Positions 47,524 through 57,557 of a stretch of DNA of 64,000 nt are shown here, piece by piece. The position numbers and the translations under genes are program-made. The notes under the pieces were generated by a model. The model saw only the letters and a list, made by a program, of their open reading frames with translations. It did no database searches and was not told the DNA's origin. Numbering within the stretch: position 1 is the stretch's first letter; the number at the start of each line of letters is the position of its first letter. The DNA lies in contig OZ257140.1 in the NCBI GenBank assembly GCA_965279165.1, positions 3,029,669 to 3,093,668 on the forward strand, in the 5' to 3' direction. The DNA is from Bacteroidia bacterium. Lineage in GTDB: Bacteria > Bacteroidota > Bacteroidia > UKL13-3.

Positions 47524-49431
47524 ATGTGTGGAATTGCCGGATTCATTGATTTTACTGGTCAGTCAGATTTGCATATACTGCAAAAAATGACAGATGAACT
47601 TGCCTATAGAGGACCGGATGATTTTGGGTATGATGTATATGATTCCGGTGCTTACAAAATTGGCCTTGGACATCGCAGATTATCCATTATTGATTTATCG
47701 CACAATGGACACCAACCCATGCACCTCGAGGAGGTATCTATTGTTTTTAATGGGGAGATATACAATTTCGCAGAGATAAAGCGATTGCTTTCTTCAGATC
47801 ATGGTTGTCAATTTCAAACGGCATCGGATACAGAAGTAATTTTACATGCCTATAAGATATGGGGTATGAAATGCATCGAGCGTTTTATTGGAATGTTTGC
47901 TTTTGTAATTTCTGACAAAAAGATTGGAAAGGTATTTCTTGTAAGGGATCGAGTAGGGGAGAAACCACTTTATTATTATCAATCAGATAACCTGATTTTA
48001 TTTTCTTCTTCTTTAAAATCATTTCACCAACATCCTAATTTTATTAAAAAAATAAATTTTGATACATTGGGTGTTTATTTACAATACGGATTTGTACCTG
48101 CTCCGTTTGCGATTTTTGAACATTCTTTTAAAGTTTTGCCTGGTACTTATCTTGAATTCGACTCTAAAACGAAGAAATTTAATGTTTTCAAATATTGGGA
48201 TGTTTTGGACCATTTCAATAAGCCAGAATTAATCATTTCAGAACAAGATGCTATTCTGGAAACGGAGAAGTTATTGTACCAGTCTTGTCAATATAGAATG
48301 GTTTCGGATGCCCCGGTAGGTGTATTTTTAAGTGGTGGCTATGATAGTTCCTGTGTGACTGCTATGTTACAAAAGGACAAATCCGAGCGAATAAATACCT
48401 TTACCATAGGATTTGAAAATGCAGTATACAATGAAGCACCACACGCAAAGAGTATTGCGGAGTATTTAGGTACAAATCATACCGAATACTATTGTACCGA
48501 AAAGGATGCACAAGAAATTATTCCAAAATTACCGGTTTGTTATGATGAACCATTCGGTGATTCTTCGGCTATACCAACTATGTTATTGAGTAAAGTTGCA
48601 GCTAAAAAAATTAAGGTCGCTTTGGCATCAGATGGAGGAGATGAAATATTTGCAGGGTATAATCGGTATCCTAAATTTTTAAATCTTTATAAGAAACTAC
48701 AAAGTATACCTGAGCCAATTCGCAAGATTTTACCAACTATATTACAAGGAGTATCACCTGATTTTATAAAATTCATTACTGGAAGGCGTCGTTTTGCCAC
48801 AAAATATGACTTGTTCCGCGAGTTAATGAATGGTGAAAATACTCTATCTAATTCCTACAAATATACGCATCAACGGATATCCCATAGAAGATTGAAGCGA
48901 TTATTGAAAGTCGAAACGAATCAATTGAATACTTTTTTTGATTTTAGTGCCCAAAGTAACCGTTTGGCTGATAATTTGTCTGGGATAATGACTATTGATT
49001 TTAAAACTTATTTACCGGATGATATTCTCGTAAAGGTTGATAGGGCTTCAATGTTTCATTCATTGGAAGGAAGGGAACCTATGCTTGATCATCGTTTAAT
49101 TGAGTTTGCTGCCCAAATACCGGTAGATTTAAAACTTAATGGGTCAAATAAAAAGTATATTTTAAAAGAAATTACGTACAAATATTTACCCAAGAATCTA
49201 ATTGAAAAAGAAAAAATGGGATTCGGAATACCCATTCATAATTGGTTCAGAAAAGAGTTGAAGGAATTGTTGACTACATATTTAAATTCAGGTTGTTTAA
49301 TAAAGCAGGGAATATTTAATGAAATTTGTGTACAGGAAATGCTCGATAATTATTATTCAGGTAATAATGAGGATTTTGAATTAATTTGGTTTATGCTGGT
49401 ATTTCAACTTTGGTATGAAAAGTGGATGTGA
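47524..49431 (+). CDS. asnB: Asparagine synthase-family glutamine amidotransferase (probably polysaccharide amidation)
   Basis: Ntn 'MCGIAG', 'RGPD', 'RRLSIID', 'FNGEIYN', 'LSGG.DSS', 'GDGGDE.F.GY'-like, 'LVKVDRASM..SLE.R.P'. Confidence 0.92.
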   Translation: MCGIAGFIDFTGQSDLHILQKMTDELAYRGPDDFGYDVYDSGAYKIGLGHRRLSIIDLSHNGHQPMHLEEVSIVFNGEIYNFAEIKRLLSSDHGCQFQTASDTEVILHAYKIWGMKCIERFIGMFAFVISDKKIGKVFLVRDRVGEKPLYYYQSDNLILFSSSLKSFHQHPNFIKKINFDTLGVYLQYGFVPAPFAIFEHSFKVLPGTYLEFDSKTKKFNVFKYWDVLDHFNKPELIISEQDAILETEKLLYQSCQYRMVSDAPVGVFLSGGYDSSCVTAMLQKDKSERINTFTIGFENAVYNEAPHAKSIAEYLGTNHTEYYCTEKDAQEIIPKLPVCYDEPFGDSSAIPTMLLSKVAAKKIKVALASDGGDEIFAGYNRYPKFLNLYKKLQSIPEPIRKILPTILQGVSPDFIKFITGRRRFATKYDLFRELMNGENTLSNSYKYTHQRISHRRLKRLLKVETNQLNTFFDFSAQSNRLADNLSGIMTIDFKTYLPDDILVKVDRASMFHSLEGREPMLDHRLIEFAAQIPVDLKLNGSNKKYILKEITYKYLPKNLIEKEKMGFGIPIHNWFRKELKELLTTYLNSGCLIKQGIFNEICVQEMLDNYYSGNNEDFELIWFMLVFQLWYEKWM

Positions 49432-49782
49432 ATTGTTAGTAAATTCTAGTTCTGAAATTATAGATTTAATTGTTTTGTAAACGAGCTTTTTCTCTTAAGC
49501 TATAAATAGTTACAATTTATTTAACGTGAATACGTTAAAACTGAAATTGAAAAAGAAGATTTGATTCCCAATATGAGAAGAGTGAAATCAATAGCATAAT
49601 TTGATTATAATATTTAATGATATGAAAATCAAGTATATATGTACAATTCCAACATAAAAGTATTGAACAAAAAATGTACATTATTTAAGGCATTGTAGTC
49701 ATTAAAGTTCTATTATCGCTCACTTTAGTTAAGATATTTTATATTATAATTGCAACTTAATACTGTTTTAAGCAAATCACTG

Positions 49783-52551
49783 ATGACAAAATCTAGTAAA
49801 AGTCTATACTTTTCTTACATATTTAGCCTAATAATTAACATATTTCTTATTAATTCATATTCTGCAAATGCTCAATTACCTGCAGATTTAAAGAATTTCA
49901 AAACTGAATCTTTGACAGATGATGAGGTTTTGGGGTATATCGCAGAATCTGAAAAAAGTGGACTTTCAGAGGCAGAATTGGAAAAAATTGCAGCTAAGCG
50001 CGGTATGGATCCAATCGAAGCTCAAAAATTAAAGGTAAGGGTAAATCAATTAAAAAATAAACCTTCAACTGCTAAAGTAGTATCTGAAAAGCAAACCGTT
50101 GAGGCTGGAAACCTGAATGCTATAAATGAACCAGTAAAATTAGCTACTCCAATTATTGATAATCCTGTTCCAGCTCCATCTGTACAAACAAATGACCCGA
50201 CAAATCCTCCCGGAAATAATGAGATCTATGGACATCATTTATTTAAAAATAATAATTTATTGTTTTTTGAAAAAGCTGGAGAAATAAAAGCACCTGATGG
50301 ATATATTATAGGTTCAAATGACGAATTAACCATTTCTGTTTTTGGATATTCCTATTTTAATGAAGTTTTAAAAATTGATGCAAGAGGAGCCATTAATCCG
50401 AGTATTGTTGGTCCTATTATGCTAAAAGGTATGGAATTTGGCAATGCCAAAAAACTGATTAGGACAAAATTTGGTCAGTCATTCGATCTTTCCAATAACC
50501 AACTCTCGATTACATTGTCTTACTCAAGGGTTATTACCGTAAATTTTGTTGGAGAAGTGAACAAACCTGGTAGCTATAAAATTCCTGCCCTGAATACTGC
50601 GTTTAATGCAATGATAGCTGTCGGGGGGCCTAGTAAATTGGGATCTGTAAGAAATATACAAGTCAGACGAAATGGTAAAACTGTTAAAATATTGGATGTA
50701 TATGAGTACCTAAATAATCCCAACTCGAAAATGGATTATTATTTAGAAGATAACGATTATTTATTTGTGATGTCTTCTGAGAAAATTGTAAAGATTTCAG
50801 GTATGGTAAAACGTCCTATGTTTTACGAGTTGAAGGCAAAAGAAAATCTAGATGACTTAATTCGGTTGGCGGGAGGATTAAATTCAACTGCCTATACCAA
50901 GTTGATAAGGGTAATTAGAATTGGTGACGACGGTACCCAGCAACAAATATTAGATTTATCTTTAGATAGCTTAAAAACGAACAAAAAAATATTTGCTTTA
51001 AAGGATGGTGATCAGATTGAAATTGGAGAAAAATTAAATGAATTGAGGCAATTTCTGGAAATAACCGGACCCGTTTATATGCCCGGCAGATACCAATTTA
51101 AACAAGGTGATAAAATAACCGATTTAATCCATCGTGCAAATGGCCTAAAAAAGGAGGCCAAAATGGATATGGCATTTCTTATCCGAACAAATGCAGATAA
51201 AACAAGAAGCTATTTATCTGTGAATCTAGAAAAATTATTAGCTGACTCAAATAATCCAAATCTGAATTTACCCCTTAAAGAAGGCGATGTCTTACGAATT
51301 TCTTCAACAGCGGCATTTATTGATGCCAAATCTGTTTCGGTTACTGGATTATTTCGAAAGCCTGGTAACTTCGATTATTTTGATGGTATTCGAATCACAG
51401 ATGTGATTTTTTTAGCGGATGGTGTAAGAGAAGAAGCAAATCTTGAGCGGGCATTCCTGGTTCGTATAAATCCTGATTTTACTAAAGGATTTATTGCATT
51501 GAATTTAAAAGAAGCTATGTTAAATCCAGAAGATACGCTTAAGAATTTGTATCTTAAAAGAGGAGATATTATAACCCTTGCCTCCATTCCTGAATTCATC
51601 GACAAAATGAATGTAAATGCAGTTGGTTTATTTCGTAAACCAGGCAACTTTGAGTATGCCAATGGAATGACTTTATCCGATTTGATTATACTGGCCGGAG
51701 GATTAAAAATAGAGGCAGATTTGTTAAATATTGAAGTCTCGAGAATTAGTTTTTTCGCTTCTGATTTTAAGCCTGGAGAAGCATCTAGAGTTATCATAAA
51801 AACCATGCAGGTTGGTAAAGATTTAAAACTTACGCAAGACCAGATGGAATTTAAATTAAATCCATTCGATCAGGTATTTGTAAGAATGGTTCCAGATTTT
51901 GAATTACCCAAAAATTTAACCATTACAGGAGAAGTGAAATACCCTGGAGTTTATGCTTTATCAAGTAAAGAAGAGCATATTGATGAATTTATAAAGCGAG
52001 CAGGCGGCTTAAATCGTTTTGGATATGCAGAAGGTGCGACACTTTATAGACCAAATTTACCAGGGGGATATGTGGTTATGAATCTTAGAGAAGCTTTAAA
52101 GAATCATAAATCTAAGTTTAATTATATACTTAAGGAAGGCGATGTTGTTAATATTCCACTTACCATGGATTTAATTGCCATCAAAGGTGATGTAGAATAT
52201 TTGAATTTGGTAAATCAAGAACAGGTAAATGCCCCATTTGTTAGCGGTAAGAGAGCAAATTATTATGTAAAAGAATATGCAAATGGTTTTTCTAAAACCA
52301 GTTTTAAGCGCAAAACATATGTAGTTGAAAGTAATGCTAAGGTAAATCGAACGAAGAATTTCGTACTTTTTAAAGTTTTCCCTAAGGTAAGAAAGGGAGC
52401 CTCAATTTATGTGGTTAGTGAGCCAGAGAAAAAGAAGAAGGAAAAAGCTGAAAGACCACCAACAGACTGGAATAAGGCTATTGAAGGAATAACAATTAAA
52501 ATCACAGGTTTGCTCACTCTCATGATTTTAATACAAACTTTGGAAAAATAA
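49783..52551 (+). CDS. SLBB-repeat polysaccharide export protein (Wza/KpsD-like)
   Basis: 'Y.IG..DEL.I.V.G', repeated 'GEV.KPG.Y', 'GL.R.PG.F.Y', 'L..GD' SLBB modules; likely start MTKSS. Confidence 0.85.
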   Translation: MTKSSKSLYFSYIFSLIINIFLINSYSANAQLPADLKNFKTESLTDDEVLGYIAESEKSGLSEAELEKIAAKRGMDPIEAQKLKVRVNQLKNKPSTAKVVSEKQTVEAGNLNAINEPVKLATPIIDNPVPAPSVQTNDPTNPPGNNEIYGHHLFKNNNLLFFEKAGEIKAPDGYIIGSNDELTISVFGYSYFNEVLKIDARGAINPSIVGPIMLKGMEFGNAKKLIRTKFGQSFDLSNNQLSITLSYSRVITVNFVGEVNKPGSYKIPALNTAFNAMIAVGGPSKLGSVRNIQVRRNGKTVKILDVYEYLNNPNSKMDYYLEDNDYLFVMSSEKIVKISGMVKRPMFYELKAKENLDDLIRLAGGLNSTAYTKLIRVIRIGDDGTQQQILDLSLDSLKTNKKIFALKDGDQIEIGEKLNELRQFLEITGPVYMPGRYQFKQGDKITDLIHRANGLKKEAKMDMAFLIRTNADKTRSYLSVNLEKLLADSNNPNLNLPLKEGDVLRISSTAAFIDAKSVSVTGLFRKPGNFDYFDGIRITDVIFLADGVREEANLERAFLVRINPDFTKGFIALNLKEAMLNPEDTLKNLYLKRGDIITLASIPEFIDKMNVNAVGLFRKPGNFEYANGMTLSDLIILAGGLKIEADLLNIEVSRISFFASDFKPGEASRVIIKTMQVGKDLKLTQDQMEFKLNPFDQVFVRMVPDFELPKNLTITGEVKYPGVYALSSKEEHIDEFIKRAGGLNRFGYAEGATLYRPNLPGGYVVMNLREALKNHKSKFNYILKEGDVVNIPLTMDLIAIKGDVEYLNLVNQEQVNAPFVSGKRANYYVKEYANGFSKTSFKRKTYVVESNAKVNRTKNFVLFKVFPKVRKGASIYVVSEPEKKKKEKAERPPTDWNKAIEGITIKITGLLTLMILIQTLEK

Positions 52552-52560
52552 CTAATTTTA

Positions 52561-53637
52561 GTGAGTGAGGTACAAAAAATTATGACTCAAGAGCGTAATG
52601 AAAATGAGGAGATGACTATTAAGGAATTGATACTTAATATTCAAGTTTGGATTCGATATTTTATTTCAAAATGGATAATATTAATGATTTTGATCGTGAT
52701 TGGAGCAGTTACTGGATATTTCTATGTTTATTTTTCTAAACCTATTTACACTGCTGAATTAACTTTGGCTTTAGATGATAAAAGTAGTGGTGGCGGCTAT
52801 TCAGGAATTGCTAGTCAATTAGGTTTAGATATAGGTGGATCGTCGGGAGGTGCATTTTCAGGTGACAATAATATTGAATTAATTAGATCAAGGCGATTAA
52901 TGGAACAAACTTTATTGTCTAAGGTAAAAATTGATGGTAAGGAACAAACTTTAATAAACCGATATATAGCTTTTAACGAATTAGATAAAGGATGGGATGA
53001 AAAACCTAATCTTAAGAATATAGTTTATTTACCAGGTGAGTCCAGAGATTCCTTTAGTCTGGAAAAAGATAGTGTTTTATACGGAGTCTATAGAGCCTTA
53101 AAGAAGGATGCTGTAGAATTGAATAGAATTGATAAAAAACTTTCCATAATTAGTTTAAAAGTGAAGTCTGAAGACCCTTATTTTGCAAAATTTTTTGCAG
53201 AACATTTGATTGAACGCGCTTCAGAATTTTATATTGATACCAAAACAAAGAAGTCAAGGAAAAATGTGGAGTTATTAGAAAAACGACTTGATTCTGTAAA
53301 GACAGAACTTAGTAATGAGATTTTAGGTGCTGCAATTACTCGCGATCAGAATGCCAATGTATTAAGAGCTGTTGGAAGTGTTCAATCTAAAAAGAAAGAA
53401 ATTAATGTACAAGTATTAGGAACAATGTATGGTGAATTAACGAAAAATTTAGAAATGGCTAAATTCATTTTAATGAAAGAAGAACCGATGATTCAAATTA
53501 TTGATTCACCAAGATTTCCTTTAGATTTTAAAAAGTCAGGTAAATTTAGCTCAATGTTCATAGGTGCATTTATTTCCGGATTTATTGGTGTTTTATACTT
53601 TACTATAGTAAAACTCATGCGCCAATTAATGGCTTAG
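52561..53637 (+). CDS. wzz: Polysaccharide chain-length determinant (Wzz/PCP family)
   Basis: Two terminal TM helices, 'P.Y.A', 'A.Q.G', coiled-coil middle, 'IQIID.P..P'. Confidence 0.8.
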   Translation: MSEVQKIMTQERNENEEMTIKELILNIQVWIRYFISKWIILMILIVIGAVTGYFYVYFSKPIYTAELTLALDDKSSGGGYSGIASQLGLDIGGSSGGAFSGDNNIELIRSRRLMEQTLLSKVKIDGKEQTLINRYIAFNELDKGWDEKPNLKNIVYLPGESRDSFSLEKDSVLYGVYRALKKDAVELNRIDKKLSIISLKVKSEDPYFAKFFAEHLIERASEFYIDTKTKKSRKNVELLEKRLDSVKTELSNEILGAAITRDQNANVLRAVGSVQSKKKEINVQVLGTMYGELTKNLEMAKFILMKEEPMIQIIDSPRFPLDFKKSGKFSSMFIGAFISGFIGVLYFTIVKLMRQLMA

Positions 53638-53799
53638 TTCAATAAAAATAGCAATTGTAACCCCCAAAATCGATTAAGTTATTTCTTATAAAATTATTTT
53701 AATCAGCAATTTTTTTAATATTTAAAATAATTGTTTCATTATCAGAATTTTGAGAATTTTCATTAAGACCAGAATAGTTTAATTTGTTTTTTACTAAAA

Positions 53800-53818
53800 C
53801 GGGTAATATTTTTACCTG
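53800..53818. promoter_or_regulatory. Candidate operator palindrome upstream of the wHTH regulator
   Basis: CGGGTAA-TATTT-TTACCTG inverted repeat (6/7 match). Confidence 0.35.
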
Positions 53819-53868
53819 ATTTATAATAAATGTTCCATTTTATGGGACTGACATGGCGAAGCTATATA

Positions 53869-54405
53869 ATGCTACAAACCCTTATTACATCTAAAACCCG
53901 AATAAAACTTTTGCTTAAGTTCTTTTTGAACTCCAATACTACTAGTTATCTTAAGAATTTAGAAGCTGAATTTGAGGATAGTAGCAATGGGATTAGAGTT
54001 GAACTAAATAAGTTTGAAGTTGCAGGTTTATTAATTTCTGAGAATGTTGGTAATAAAAAAATCTTTAAAGCCAACACCAAACATCCTATGTTTTCTGACA
54101 TACATAATATTGTTTTAAAGTATGCTGGTTTAGATCAGGTAATCGATAAGGTAGTTGGAAAGTTAGGGAATGTACAAAGGGTATATTTAGTAGGTTCATT
54201 CGCAAATGGCGTGGAATCTAAAATTATTGATATTGTTTTAATGGGTAATATCAATAGAGAATTTTTACTTAATCTGATTGATAAGGCAGAAACCTTAATT
54301 GGCCGTAAAATACGGTTTGTTATATATACCCAAGATGAATTTGATAAATTAGGAAAAGAAATATTGGCTGAGAAACATTTATTAATTTGGACATCAGAAA
54401 TTTAG
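53869..54405 (+). CDS. ArsR-like winged-HTH regulator fused to a nucleotidyltransferase-like domain
   Basis: 'LITSKTRIKLL.KFF.N', 'N.IR.ELN.F..AG.L', 'GSFA.G..S..ID'. Confidence 0.8.
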   Translation: MLQTLITSKTRIKLLLKFFLNSNTTSYLKNLEAEFEDSSNGIRVELNKFEVAGLLISENVGNKKIFKANTKHPMFSDIHNIVLKYAGLDQVIDKVVGKLGNVQRVYLVGSFANGVESKIIDIVLMGNINREFLLNLIDKAETLIGRKIRFVIYTQDEFDKLGKEILAEKHLLIWTSEI

Positions 54406-54648
54406 TATAAGAGTACAGATTTTATTATGATGCATGTTTTAGGCTTTAACTTCACGGATTAATTTGGAATTAACAAGTGATGGGAAGCATTTATAAAAGC
54501 ATCATTTTGATTTTTGTTTGCTTTGATCTTGTTACAAATCGATTGGAAGAGATTTTTTAGACAAGTCAGGATATATATAAAGATAGATATAATAATTATC
54601 TAGGTTATATTTCAAATAATACATCACTTTAATTTTTAAGATTAAAAA

Positions 54649-55776
54649 TTGAAAAAAATAGCAATGGTTGACTTAAAGAGTCAATACCATAAAATTAAAG
54701 TAGAAATTGATAAGGCAATAATCGATTGTATTGAGACTTCAGAATTTATTAATGGCAATGAAGTTAAGTCTTTTGTCGAAGAACTTTCTATATATACTGG
54801 TGCACCACACATAATTCCATGTGCTAACGGCACGGATGCTTTACAAATTGCATTAATGTCACTTGAATTGCAGCCGGGGGATGAAATTATTGTTCCTGCT
54901 TTCTCCTATATATCAGCTGCTGAAGTAATTGCTCTCTTAAAACTAGTGCCGGTAATTGTCGATGTGAACCCGGATGATTTTAGCCTAGATATTAATAAAG
55001 TAATTTTAGCAATAAATTCTAAAACCAAAGTTATTATACCAGTGCATTTATTTGGCCAATGTTCTGGTATGGAAGAATTGAAGAAAATAGCCGATAAGTA
55101 TAATATTTTTATTATCGAAGATGCGGCGCAAGCAATAGGTACAAAATATTGGTTTACTGATGGGGAAATGAAACATGCAGGTACAATTGGTAATATTGGA
55201 ACGATGTCCTTCTTTCCATCAAAGAATTTAGGTTGTTTTGGCGATGGAGGGGCTGTTTTTACAAATAATGCAGAATTGGCTTTAAGAATCAAAACTATTG
55301 CAAATCATGGACAATCTGAAAAGTATTGTCATGATATGATTGGAGTCAATTCTCGACTAGATACTATCCAAGCTTCGGTATTAAAAGTAAAGCTGAAGTA
55401 TTTAAATAATTATTTGGCTGCAAGAAACGCTGTTGCAGATTTTTACGATAAGAACCTAGGCAATATTTCAAATATTCAAATTCCTAAAAGAGTAACGGAT
55501 TCTACACATACCTTTCATCAATATACGATAAAAGTAGATGCAAGAAGTAGGGATAATCTAAGGAAATATTTACTTAATAATGGAATTCAGACAATGGTTT
55601 ATTATCCCATTCCATTACACGAACAAATAGCTTTTAAATCAGATAAATATGTAACAGGCGATTTTCCTGTTTCAGAACATTTATGTAAAGTTGTCTTATC
55701 TCTACCTATTCATACAGAAATGGATGAGAAAACTTTGGAATTTATTGTGGGTAAAATAAAATCTTTTTATGAATAA
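54649..55776 (+). CDS. wbpE: DegT/DnrJ/EryC1/StrS aminotransferase (WbpE-like)
   Basis: 'ANGTDAL', 'PVHLFGQ', 'IEDAAQA.G', 'SFFPSKNLG.FGDGG', 'NSRLD..QA'; adjacent to wbpD/wbpB-like genes. Confidence 0.8.
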   Translation: MKKIAMVDLKSQYHKIKVEIDKAIIDCIETSEFINGNEVKSFVEELSIYTGAPHIIPCANGTDALQIALMSLELQPGDEIIVPAFSYISAAEVIALLKLVPVIVDVNPDDFSLDINKVILAINSKTKVIIPVHLFGQCSGMEELKKIADKYNIFIIEDAAQAIGTKYWFTDGEMKHAGTIGNIGTMSFFPSKNLGCFGDGGAVFTNNAELALRIKTIANHGQSEKYCHDMIGVNSRLDTIQASVLKVKLKYLNNYLAARNAVADFYDKNLGNISNIQIPKRVTDSTHTFHQYTIKVDARSRDNLRKYLLNNGIQTMVYYPIPLHEQIAFKSDKYVTGDFPVSEHLCKVVLSLPIHTEMDEKTLEFIVGKIKSFYE

Positions 55777-55786
55777 GATAATATAA

Positions 55787-56359
55787 ATGAGTTATTTCAG
55801 CCATAAATCAGCGATTATAGACAATGGTTGTAATATTGGTAATGGTACCAAGATATGGCATTTCTCCCATGTTATGGAAAACTGTGTTATTGGTGAAGAT
55901 TGTAATATAGGGCAAAATGTAGTTATTGCTCCTGATGTAATTCTTGGCAGAAACGTAAAAGTTCAGAACAATGTATCAATTTATACTGGAGTTATATGTC
56001 ATGATGATGTTTTCTTAGGTCCTTCTTGTGTATTTACAAATATTATTAATCCACGAAGTGCTGTCATAAGAAAGAAAATGTATGTGAAAACAGAAGTTGA
56101 GAAAGGGGCAACAATTGGTGCTAATGCAACGATTTTATGTGGTATTAAAATTGGGTCTTATGCCTTGGTTGGTGCAGGTGCTGTTGTAACCAAGTCAGTG
56201 AAGCCATATGCACTAGTTGTTGGAAATCCGGGAAAACAAGTTGGTTGGGTGAGTGAATATGGTCATAGACTTAGTTTTGATGAGTTAGGTATAGGTTTAT
56301 GTCCAGAAACTAACCAAGAATATAAACTTGAACAAAACCACGTTGTAAGAATTTCTTGA
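55787..56359 (+). CDS. wbpD: Hexapeptide-repeat N-acetyltransferase (WbpD-like)
   Basis: 'TKIWHFSH', 'KVQNNVSIY.G', 'FLGPS.VFTN..NPRS', 'GNP..Q.GW'. Confidence 0.88.
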   Translation: MSYFSHKSAIIDNGCNIGNGTKIWHFSHVMENCVIGEDCNIGQNVVIAPDVILGRNVKVQNNVSIYTGVICHDDVFLGPSCVFTNIINPRSAVIRKKMYVKTEVEKGATIGANATILCGIKIGSYALVGAGAVVTKSVKPYALVVGNPGKQVGWVSEYGHRLSFDELGIGLCPETNQEYKLEQNHVVRIS

Positions 56360-57375
56360 AAAATCAGGCTTTAAAATTTGCAGTTATCGGTTATGGCCAT
56401 ATTGGTAAAAGGCATGCTGAAGTAATTTCTATGAATCCAGATGCCACATTAGTAGGTATTGCTGATATTAGACCTAAAGAAATAACTGGAGGTAATAAAT
56501 ATAATGTGCCATATTACCAGTCTCTTGCATCTCTTCTAAAATCTGAACAAGAGATAGATGTAGTAAATATAGCAACTCCTAATGGATTACATGCACAACA
56601 AGCAATTGATGTTTTATCATCAAACATTCATGTTGTTATTGAGAAACCGATGGCACTTACCAAACATGATGCTGAGTTAATTATAAATCAATCAAAAAAA
56701 GTTAATAAGCACGTTTTCTGTGTTATGCAAAATAGGTATTCACCTCCTTCTGTCTGGATTAAACAACTAATTGAAGATGGTTTATTAGGAAATATCTATA
56801 AAGTTAGTTTGAATTGTTTTTGGAATAGAGATGAACGATATTACCAACCGGGAAATTGGCATGGAACAAAGTCGCTAGATGGAGGAACCTTATTCACTCA
56901 ATTTTCTCATTTTATTGATTTAGTTTATTGGTTATTCGGTGACATAACAAATATTTATGCAAGATTTAATAACTTTAATCATGGCAGCTTAATTGAATTT
57001 GAGGATAGCGGTTCTGTATTATTCGATTTTGTAAATGGGGGAGAAGGTAGTATCCAATATTCAACAACAATTTGGGATTCTAATTTGGAAAGTAGTATGA
57101 CTATAATTGCTGAGAATGGAAGCGTGAAGATTGGGGGACAATATATGGATAAAGTTGAGTATTGTCATGTGAAGAATTATATTATGCCAAAGATTGAAGT
57201 TACAAATCCTGGAAATGATTATGGTTATTATAAAGGTTCTGCGCAAAACCACCATTTTGTTATTCAAAATGTAATTAATGTTTTACAAAGAAATGAACGC
57301 ATTACCACAAATGCCAGTGAAGGATTAAAAGTAGTCGAGATGATAGAAAGGATTTATTCAAATTTACATTTGTAA
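56356..57375 (+). CDS. wbpB: Gfo/Idh/MocA oxidoreductase (WbpB-like UDP-GlcNAcA 3-dehydrogenase)
   Basis: 'GYGHIG.RH', 'ATPNGLH', 'IEKPM', 'QNRY', 'W.R...YY..WHGT..LDGG', 'HF.D'. Confidence 0.8.
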   Translation: MKNQALKFAVIGYGHIGKRHAEVISMNPDATLVGIADIRPKEITGGNKYNVPYYQSLASLLKSEQEIDVVNIATPNGLHAQQAIDVLSSNIHVVIEKPMALTKHDAELIINQSKKVNKHVFCVMQNRYSPPSVWIKQLIEDGLLGNIYKVSLNCFWNRDERYYQPGNWHGTKSLDGGTLFTQFSHFIDLVYWLFGDITNIYARFNNFNHGSLIEFEDSGSVLFDFVNGGEGSIQYSTTIWDSNLESSMTIIAENGSVKIGGQYMDKVEYCHVKNYIMPKIEVTNPGNDYGYYKGSAQNHHFVIQNVINVLQRNERITTNASEGLKVVEMIERIYSNLHL

Positions 57376-57444
57376 GTACCTAAACTACATGAAATGTTAA
57401 AACACAAATGAATAGATTTACTAAATAATTGTTTAAAAGTATAT

Positions 57445-57452
57445 TACTTTTG
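57445..57452 (+). promoter_or_regulatory. Internal -7 promoter element within the polysaccharide locus
   Basis: TACTTTTG(CC) about 105 nt upstream of the dehydrogenase start. Confidence 0.55.
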
Positions 57453-57557
57453 CCGGTTTGATAATAACAAACCTTTTAGTATATAGAATCAGTTTTGTAA
57501 AAATCAGTAAGACAATAGATTTAAATTATTTTGATTTAATGAATAAAAACAGCCAAA

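Noticed and set aside
54410-54640. Possible pseudogene remnant between the regulator and wbpE
   Set aside because: Only short frames without a recognisable motif; cannot be supported without a search
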